Positions 1 to 9,141 of a stretch of 64,000 nucleotides of DNA are shown here, piece by piece. The position numbers and the translations under genes were made by a program. Numbering within the stretch: position 1 is the first letter of the stretch; each line of letters begins with the position of its first letter. Source of the DNA: Camelus ferus (taxonomy: Eukaryota); contig NC_045704.1 in assembly GCF_009834535.1 (NCBI RefSeq), forward strand, positions 76,136,001 to 76,200,000. Direction: 5' to 3'. Below the pieces are notes generated by a model. It did not search any database and was not told the origin of the DNA. It worked only from the letters and a program-made list of their open reading frames with translations.

Positions 1-290
1 CTATGTAGAGAATAGTTTAAAAGCGGACAATGAAATATGGAGAGATAACATTTAAGACACTATTACAGTAGTTCAGGAAAAATATTTTTAAAAATATTTA
101 AAATGTTAAATAACTAAAGAAAGCATTGGCAGTGTGAACAAAGCTGTGGTGATGGGTTGCATCTAGAGAACTTGGTTGGTGAACAGATTGAAGAAAATGA
201 AAAAAATAGAAAGTGACTCCCAGGTTTCTTGCATGGGACATGGAAGAATTTGGTGTCATTCTCAGAGTCAAGAATACAGGAGGGAGGAGC
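1..290 (-). mobile_element. L2 LINE fragment
   Basis: Purine-rich L2-type text (agtgactcccaggtttcttgcatggga...ggtgtcattctcagag...gaatacagg), heavily decayed. Confidence 0.55.
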
Positions 291-304
291 ATGTTTAATT
301 ACTA

Positions 305-540
305 ATTACTAATTATTGAGCACTCTCACTGCATGCCAAGGAGATGCCAAACACTTAGCATACATGATGTAATTTTATCTCAAATTAACATCATGGAGTA
401 CATATTAGTATATTGAATTTAAAGAAGCAGAAATCAAGGCTCAAAAACTCCTGTATTTTGTCCAAAATTGCATAATAGCTTAGAGGTAGAGCTGGAGTTC
501 AAACGTAGGCAGATCTAACCCAGAGCCTCAGTTCTTAATA
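305..540 (-). mobile_element. MIR SINE
   Basis: attattgagcactc...gaaatcaaggctcaaaa...ggtagagctggagttcaaacgtaggcagatctaacccagagcc resembles the reverse-complemented MIR consensus. Confidence 0.65.
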
Positions 541-550
541 AATAATACAC

Positions 551-720
551 CAGTGTTTATCAGAGTGTGGCCTAGAGGGTATCTGCGTCAGAATCAGCTA
601 GAGTACTTGTGAAATTAGGCTCCTGGGTCTAATTCGGTCTATTGAAGCAGAATTCCTGATGGGTGGGGACTGGACTCACCAGGTGTTTCTTATGCACCTT
701 CAAATTTACATACTGTTGCA
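551..720. mobile_element. MER5A-like hAT-Charlie DNA transposon
   Basis: cagtgtttatcagagtgtggcc...gcgtcagaatcagctagagtacttgtgaaa...caggtgtttcttatgcac follows the MER5A pattern. Confidence 0.65.
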
Positions 721-3700
721 ATACATAGTACATATTATGACTTGAGGGAAGGAGGATGACAAATCTACTTTTTTTTTTTAATACGGAGATTTTGGTGTAT
801 GGAGAATGCCTCCTGGATTACCATAGGGGTGGAGAGCAGCAAATATTTTCAGGCTGGAATTTGATGCTGGGGCAGTTTAATTTACAGTTCTCAGTCTTGA
901 TAAGGCCAGTGGTGCTGCAGCCACTCCTGGATGGTTTGGACGAAGTGTCATATGCAGGAAAGGTGGTGGAAAGGAGTAAGTTACCACCCAGTCGAGCCCC
1001 CCAGACTCCTCCTCCTTCACACTCTTGTTCAGGGGGTTTTGACACCTACCTCCAAATCTGCCCCCAGCATGAAATGTCTCTGTGGGGTTTTTTTCTTCTA
1101 AAAATGTTCCACAGTGTTGTTTTTTTTTTTTTTTTGCATTTTACTCCATAAAATGTTTATTTGTTTTTAATATAAAAATATATTTAATTATGTACCAAGA
1201 GGTGAAACCCCAGGAAGTTGCACAGGGTTGTTAGTGACTCTGTTTACCCTCAAGGACACCTGATGCTCTAAGACCATGAGGAACCGATTTGAGAAACATG
1301 TGATTGTTGCTTGTGTAGATCTAACCTTCATTACTAAATGGTGAACATTTAGATGTATTATTTCTGTGTTTTTCACAATGTTTTGAAAATAGCAATGGTA
1401 CCTAGTAAACAGCTAGGGAACTAGGATGAGAGGAGTTTGGAAGAAATGAGTATGGGAAATCAGAACAGACTCACCAAAAACCAATCACCTTTGAGTGTCA
1501 CTTGAGGAAGATCTCTTTGTGCCTCTCATGGTGAAGTGATCCCTTCAACAGAGGCTGCTTTGGTCTCCCCATACTCTCTGGTGGTTTTCAGAAGATGGAC
1601 TTCAAGCGGATCTTAGACTTGCTCTCTCGTGTGAGGGAGAAAGGAATCAGTTTTGAGAATCAAGTCAGATCTTTCAGAATTAGAAATGCCCAGTCTAATT
1701 CTCACAATGCAAGGTGGTGTCAGGACTCAGTATTCCCACCTGCCTGGTACTTGGCTCACTTTATTTCTTTCGAGTTGCTTAAACTGCTGATGGCCCCTAC
1801 TTCAGCTTTGTGTTATTAACATTTAACTGTCTGTGTTCTGGCCTATTTTGAGCCTGTAAGATAAAAGACTGTACCAAAGATTAAAAAAAAAATTTTTTTT
1901 GTGCCAAAGATTTTTAAATGATATTTTTTAAGAAAACAAAATTTAAAAAGCAATTGCTCTACCAGTTACGGTAGTGTCAGCTCACTGTGGTGTTTTTATG
2001 TAGGTAGTCACTTTTGAACCCACTCGATTCTGTGAATATTTCTTCTTCAGTTCGTGCAAAATAATGACTTAGGTTGCTGTATAGGAATCCATTTTAGTGG
2101 CTTGTGGCCTGAGAATTTTATTGGCTCCTTCCTAGAACCTTGGTCTTCTTGACCTCTGCGGCCTTCACCAGTTTGAAAATCCTAACCATAACCCTCTGTG
2201 GGGGTTTACACACGTGTCTGTTATGGCCCGTAATCTGTGATGCGGCTTCCTGCATTCTTGTTGTAGAAAGGTTAAGCCCTCCTGTCTTTATTCCTGAGTA
2301 AAAAAAGTCCACACGCGGTTAGTATTGTCAGCGAGCAGATGGGAACAAGCAGGGAGGCATCTTTGTGATGAGCAAGGGGCTCCTTTAGAAAATGGAGTAG
2401 TCGGTTTTTAACTTCAGAGTTACAAAAACAAAATTCTTTTTCCTCTGTCATGCTTAGAGTGGCCATACTTCCCAAACTAAAATTTGGGATGCATTCTCTC
2501 GACAAATACATAGGTGCTTTTGTAACAGCAGTTTCAGGATATTTCAGTTGGGACAGTTCCATAATCTTCAGGCTATACTGTTATTATGTACATGCCCCAC
2601 CTTAAGACCCAAGGTGCCAGTTAATAGGGCAGGTTACAAAGTGAGATGGCACTGCCATCTGAAGAGATTGCTGCCCTTTATGTCCAAAGGGACAGTGGAC
2701 AGCTGGAAACACACTGCCCTGTGGGCCTTTCTCATCTGAGGACACGGAGAGTCTGTCCCCATAGTGGTGGTCAGCAAGGCCTGTCAGTGCTGGTGGCGCT
2801 GACATTTATCTCTCAGATTTCTGGAAAGGATGTCCAGTGTCTTGGGTTGTACTTACCTCTGGTTCTGATTTCTCCCTGTTCTCCCGAATGTCAGTAACAA
2901 AGCCATAAGGCCTGAAGGGGGCACCTCGGCATGACTGATTAAACGTCGGCTTCCACACTTGGGGTTGTCTGAATTCTTCAGAAAAGTCTTGAAGGAGGGG
3001 ACCTTCCCCTGTATTGTAGCCAAGCAAGAATCCAGAAGCAGAAGGACTTGGGGCAAGGAGACGTGACCAAGAAGTTCTAAGAAGGAGCTGGGAGTGGGAG
3101 TCCCTCCAACCCAAAGTTATCCCTCTGGTATTGAGAGGTCAGTCACCAGGCTCCCAGGAGCTCTTCTGCTTGGTTGGCTCCGAAGGAGCTGTGTTGAAGG
3201 AGGAGAAAAGGAAGCAATCTCCTGAAGGGGACAGCCCCGCCTAGCAGCTACAGCCTGGAACTCATGGTCATCTCTCTCAGACGAGCAGTGGGCTGCGCTA
3301 TCAGCTTCTTATCCCTTTGAAAGCCTTGCATCGGCAAAGCCATAGCGATGTCTACTTCAAAGTCACAGTGGGAGCAGGCTGGGAGTGCTGTCCCAGGATG
3401 CAGTTTCTGGTCCCCTTGCCTTCGTGTCCTTTCTTTACTGTCACTTACCGATGAAACAAGCAAGGACGAGCCAGATGCAGATGGGTGCGAGGCAGCTCTG
3501 TCTCAGTGTTTTTCACAATCTGTGGAAGTGTTAACCCAAATGCTTCTCACAGCCGCTTGTAAGTACATGTCTGCTTGGCATGTAGTTTACAGCTCAGTAA
3601 CAAATCTCCTGTGAGAATTCCCTGCAGCTCCAACTGTCATTCCCAATAGTTTGCCAATGGGTGAAGCTTGGAAAGGCAAGTTCAAAATGGGAGGAAACAC

Positions 3701-4879
3701 TAGTGTGACATTAAATACTGCTTATGTAGGATTTTCTTTTTTAACTCTGAAGGGTCTAGCAGATCTTAGGTGAAAAGGATGTTCTTTTCAAAGTATCACC
3801 ATAAGGAAGGCTCTTCCATCAATAGAATCAATAAAATCACGTCTAAAATTTTAATTATCTCTCTAAGTTCTGAAAGCACATTAAAAGAAGAATAACAACA
3901 TTCCACTTTGGCTACAAAGTGCTAATTAATAACTAACTTCAATTCTCCCAGAGGTAAAATATTAACATTATTTTTAAATAAAATTAGGCATCCCAATCTT
4001 CTTCTAATTATTATAAATGTATTTAGCAGCAATATCTGTTTAATTATTTAGGCATCTCTTAATGGTGTAAATAGTATCAGCACAATCATAAACATTTTCT
4101 GCTTTGTCCATAGACAATCAGCTAAAGGTCTGTTGCTTGTAGGACTTAAATTAAGATCTATTTAAGGCTGCCTGCTGGCCACAAAATAATTACTTACACT
4201 TGCTAATGCCTTTTTCTGTCAGATTCAGCAGCAAGAAGCGTTCTTTGCTTTCACAAGTAGGGAGAGGTTATTTTTCTTATATGAATTTTATTGTTGATGG
4301 TATTAGAGAGGATTAGGATGTGGTAGAAGTAGTTGAAATTTTAATTAATCTAATCCCTTTAAGAGCAATTGTTTTCATACTGATAATTCTCTTTAACAAC
4401 AGTACTATAGATCACACCCACGTGAAATACTTACACTAAGTATTTTAGCATGTAATCTCCCCTCCTGAGTTTCTAGAATGGTAAGATTTTCAGCTTCTTT
4501 GGCTTGCTTCTTTTGCTTTTCTTTGTCTTTCTCACCTAACATGCAGGGTTCCTTCTCAGTGGACCAGAAAGAATTTTTTTTTTCTCTGCTAATTTTCTCT
4601 CAATGTCATTATCTCTCAGTAAGTTATATGGCCATCAAATCATGAATCTCCTAAAAGAGCATGGATGCTATGAAACAAGAACAGTTCAAGTTTAGTTTGT
4701 TTGTTTGTTTGTTTGGTTTGTGTCTACAATCATTTGCTATAGATTCTCATTTGAAAAGATTTGTTTATCCATCAATTTCAATAAATGGTTATGCTGCTGA
4801 AATTATCACTAGGAGTAGAGTCAGATGAAGGATGAAACTGCCATTTTGGTCAACCTCTGATTATCTCCTGTGTAAATTG

Positions 4880-5205
4880 GGAATTGTTCTTAATCTGCTC
4901 AAATGTCATGTTATCAAGGAGAGACTTTCTCCGACCTCTCAATATAAAATTACAATCCGTATCCTGTCTCCAATACCATTCTCCCCTTTAATTGGTTTTA
5001 TTTTTCCATATAGAATTTAAGATTATGTAAGATTATAAGTCATTATATATCTGTTTCTTTAGTACATCTTCCCGAACTAAGATGGAGACTCTGCTAAAAG
5101 CAAGGACTTGGATTTGTTTACTGTTGTATCTTGAGAGCCAAGACAAGTGCCTTAAATATAGTAATATAGTAGGCAATCAGTAAACAATTATCAAATACAT
5201 GAAGC
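4880..5205 (+). mobile_element. L2 3' end
   Basis: gcaaggacttggatttgtttactgttgtatc...gtgcc...agtaggcaatcagtaaacaattatcaaatacatgaa is the typical L2 terminus. Confidence 0.65.
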
Positions 5206-5789
5206 TTTTCTCTCATTTTTCAGGTGCCTAAAGCACCAGATTGGTGCAAAGAAATGAAAATTTCCCCTTTTCCTGGCATGCATTTTGATGGCTGACAATT
5301 TGGTTTAAGTATAAGCATTTGTTGTGGGCTGGCTGTCCTCTCAGCCCAAGTGGAAGGGTATCCCTCTGGAACAAAAGCAGAGATTGAGTGCTGAACGTGG
5401 CCATGTCTTCATTAAAGGACTAAAACTATGGGTTGTGCCCTGCTGTTTGGCACTCACATGTTTACAATTCTAAGAGTCACACAAAGCAGGGGATCTAGAA
5501 GGATGCTCTCCAGGACTCTACTTGTATGGTAGATAAATAGGGGTTACTAAACCAAAAGGGGTTCAGTGGTCAAATAAGTTTCTGAAACTAGGTAGTACAT
5601 GAAGCTAAGGAGGGCTGTTAATTCAAGGCATCTCAGATGTGAGATAAGGCTCATTAGAGCTCTCCAAGGCAAGAAGACCTTGGACTGTGTTTTCCAAACT
5701 CATCTGGTCTTGGGTCCTTCCTTTCTACCCACTCTTGTTGCTAAGACTGGGCTGCATCATAGGGAACTCCATAGACTTGGGAGTTGAAT

Positions 5790-5990
5790 GGGCCAGATCA
5801 GGTGCCAGAGAAGCAGGTTCTGACTCCGCCTCTTACTGACTCTGTTATCTGACCTTGGGCAAGCTACTTAACACCCACCCCTCTATGCCTCACCTCCTCT
5901 TCTGTAAGGAAGGGATGAAAAGGATTGCCCAGGATAGTTTATGTAAAGGAACTGACCTGTGGTAAGTGCTAAATAAATGCTGGTTATTGT
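5790..5990 (+). mobile_element. MIR SINE
   Basis: Core gaccttgggcaagctacttaac...ctgtaagg and tail gtaagtgctaaataaatgctggttatt. Confidence 0.7.
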
Positions 5991-7052
5991 CAACACCCTT
6001 CATCACATATAGGAATGAATGCTTTGAGAATAGATATCTTCAAGCATATTTTCTAAGACAGGTTTGCTAGCATCGACCCATACCCAGAATCCGCCGACTA
6101 TGCCTCCTTCTTTGTCTCAGCACCCTGTCCCTGTCTGAGAAGCTCTGTGTATTTATGTAGAAGTCAAAGAAATGCTGTCTTTCAACAAGGACTTAATACA
6201 AATGTCTGACAACTCACTTTGGAGTATCCCACAGAGTTGATTTCTTGTATTTCCATACCCTTGACCTCATACGAAGACACTTTTGTCAGGAGAAAGGTGG
6301 TAGCATCCAAGCTAATGATTGTGCAGATGGCTACATGCTGACAGATTTTGAAGTGACCATATTTTCTTTCAGTAAATTTCAAATGAAGGTGTGATTTGTG
6401 TAAATCTGACCCTTTCCAGTAAAATGTGCATTTCCATGTATTTAGAATTTATAAACCCTGACAGATTCCACAATATTTATAGCCCTCCGTAAAAAGCCTT
6501 TGCCAGTTTTCAGAGCTATGCATTTGGCTCTCTGGTATGCTTNNNNNNNNNNNNNNNNNNNNNNNNNNNNNNNNNNNNNNNNNNNNNNNNNNNNNNNNNN
6601 NNNNNNNNNNNNNNNNNNNNNNNNNNNNNNNNNNNNNNNNNNNNNNNNNNNNNNNNNNNNNNNNNNNNNNNNATTGAAATTCGAGACAGAAGTGCAGAAA
6701 CATTTTCATTATCACTGATGCCTTGGATGTATATTTAAAACAGTTCTGTTCCTCAGATAATGTACCTTCTCTCCTTTCTCCTGCCCCATCTCAATTACCC
6801 TGAGTCCCCCAAACCTGTTGCCAGTTTTAGGATTCAGCTGCATTAACGGGAAAGAGGGAGCAGAAGCAGTAGCTGACTAGGTAGGAGAAAGCCCCCTCTA
6901 GGGAGGCCGAAGCCATTCTCCAGTGTTCGTCTCACATTTCTCAGGAGTCAGCCAGTAACTGAGCATCGATGTCTGAAGTGTAAATTCATTGTTTGAGACC
7001 CAGCTCATGCATCCTGCAGGTATGATGGAAAGCTCTCAGTTCATGAAAAAGG

Positions 7053-7083
7053 AAACAAAACAAAACAAAACAAAACAAAAAAA
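7053..7083. repeat. (AAAAC)n microsatellite
   Basis: aaacaaaacaaaacaaaacaaaacaaaaaaa. Confidence 0.9.
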
Positions 7084-8199
7084 CCATCCAATCGCAATTA
7101 CAGGAGAAAAGCCCAAGGACAGTGTTGGAGGATCGATTCTTTCGCCCCCCCCACCCCCCCGTGCCTCTAAGTCCCCAGTGCAGGATGACAGACAAATGCC
7201 TGACGAGCTGACTCCCAGTGATGCCATTTATTTTCTTAAACACAAAATAAACCAGAGTTGAGGAGCTGATTATTTTGCCATGGAAGCAGTCTGCAGATGA
7301 AACCTGAGAGTGCCATTTAGTTTCGCAGAAGCGGTGTTGTAATTTGATATGACAAGGAGACACGTCCACCTTCTTGTCTAAGTGGAATGTGAAGGAATTA
7401 GCCTTTGTGAGAGGGAAAGTAATAATAATGACAGCCAACATCGAGGGAGAGCCGACCGGGGGCCGGCCCAGAGTAACACAGCCAGTGGCTTCTGATGGCC
7501 TTTCCTGTCCTGATGAGCTGGAGCACACCCCGCGCGAGTCCTTCCTAAGCAGTCCCCTTGCCTCCAGCTAATGGGATGGCAGATGTTTGGACCAAGCCCC
7601 GGGGCCTGCAGGGTACCACATTTTAATGATTTGTGGTGAACAAAGTAAATGCTTTAAAAACAGGCCTTATGAAGCAGGGACGCAGTTAAGCATGATGGAT
7701 TTGAGGTGAAGCAAAAAGAAGCTGAATGTTGTATGGGAGCACTGTTTCCCAAACAGGACACAGGTATCCACGGTTCACTGCTAATTCTAAAGCTTTGCCT
7801 GAAAAATGGCTTTTTGAAATACTGTGCTCTTGAGGAACGTCCTTGAGGCATGGAGGAATTTCCTTGCTTCTCTATAGCATCTTTCTAAGAGGACGCGGAG
7901 GGATTGAGCTGTTAGACAGTTGCTCGGTGTCTCTGTGCTTCTGGGATCACATTATGGGTCTAACACATATGGGATAAATAAACTGTTTTCATTTCTTAAA
8001 GACCAAGGAAGGAAACTAGACAAGAAAATTACCATATTGCCTCTTTTTTTAAAAAAATTTTTTTAAGCTATTAAAGAGGAGAATCCAGTTAGGGCAAATA
8101 AAAATGATTACTGCAAACAGGTTTTCTTTTTTCTCTCTCCTAGCCTCCTACTCAGCAACAGCAATATGGCAAGACCTGTGTCAAACCGGTGTTTTGATG

Positions 8200-8225
8200 C
8201 ACCCTCTTCTGTTCTTCTTCCATAG
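8200..8225 (+). other. NTNG1: 3' splice site of the NTNG1 LN exon
   Basis: Pyrimidine tract caccctcttctgttcttcttcc followed by atag, directly before the in-frame GGC AAC CCC TAC (GNPY). Confidence 0.93.
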
Positions 8226-8866
8226 GGCAACCCCTACATGTGCAATAATGAGTGTGATGCAAGCACCCCAGAGCTGGCACATCCACCTGAGCTGATGTTT
8301 GATTTTGAAGGAAGACATCCCTCCACATTTTGGCAGTCTGCTACTTGGAANNNNNNNNNNNNNNNNNNNNNNNNNNNNNNNNNNNNNNNNNNNNNNNNNN
8401 NNNNNNNNNNNNNNNNNNNNNNNNNNNNNNNNNNNNNNNNNNNNNNNNNNNNNNNNNNNNNNNNNNNNNNNNNNNNNNNNNNNNNNNNNNNNNNNNNNNN
8501 NNNNNNNNNNNNNNNNNNNNNNNNNNNNNNNNNNNNNNNNNNNNNNNNNNNNNNNNNNNNNNNNNNNNNNNNNNNNNNNNNNNNNNNNNNNNNNNNNNNN
8601 NNNNNNNNNNCCACGGGGTATATGACAAATAGCAAAATAATCCACTTTGAGATCAAAGACAGGTTTGCATTTTTTGCGGGACCTTGGCTACGCAATATGG
8701 CTTCCCTCTACGGACAGCTGGATACAACCAAGAAACTCAGAGATTTCTTTACAGTCACAGACCTGAGGATAAGGCTTTTGAGACCAGCGGTCGGGGAAAT
8801 ATTTGTAGATGAGCTACACCTGGCACGCTACTTTTACGCGATCTCAGACATAAAGGTGCATGGAAG
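8226..8866 (+). CDS. NTNG1: Netrin-G1 internal coding exon (human exon 3 equivalent), laminin N-terminal domain: [41 protein letters not shown]...[N]...[84 protein letters not shown](R)
   Basis: Translation is nearly identical to mammalian netrin-G1 as recalled. Acceptor ttcttcttccatag|GGC at 8225/8226 (phase 0); donor GGAAG|gtaaga at 8866/8867 (phase 2). Length is 641 nt (213 codons + 2 nt), and the frame is kept across the 260-nt N-run. Confidence 0.97.
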
Positions 8867-8872
8867 GTAAGA
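8864..8872 (+). other. NTNG1: 5' splice site of the NTNG1 LN exon
   Basis: AAG|GTAAGA, close to consensus; homology to netrin-G1 ends exactly here. Confidence 0.95.
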
Positions 8873-9123
8873 AAACAACTGTCTGGCTTGAATGAGGATG
8901 GGTGTGTTCAAAGAAAAGGCCAGTGTGTTGGTCCCATAGCTGTAGAGTGACATCTGTCACTTTCCCCTGCAACCTTTTTCTCAAGAACACCAGCCAAGAG
9001 GTCGGTCCTGAGGCATTTGAGACCCTTCTAATTCATCAGTAATTTGTGATCCCAGACTTGCTGTCAATGAACCTGGCCTGGCAGGATTTCTTGGAATTTA
9101 AACCAAAGCAAAAAAAAAACCCA

Positions 9124-9141
9124 AACAACAACAACAACAAC
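9124..9141. repeat. (AAC)6 microsatellite in an A-rich tract
   Basis: aacaacaacaacaacaac flanked by A-runs. Confidence 0.85.

Noticed and set aside
1871-1912. gtaccaaagatt / gtgccaaagatt flanking A10-T8, read as a twin-primed poly(A)-only insertion
   Set aside because: Twin priming predicts T-then-A order between the TSDs; a 30-bp tandem duplication with homopolymer slippage is simpler.
6986-7528. 180-aa minus-strand ORF and overlapping ORFs
   Set aside because: They run through an (AAAAC)n repeat and a C-tract, show no recognisable domain and start from a non-ATG codon.
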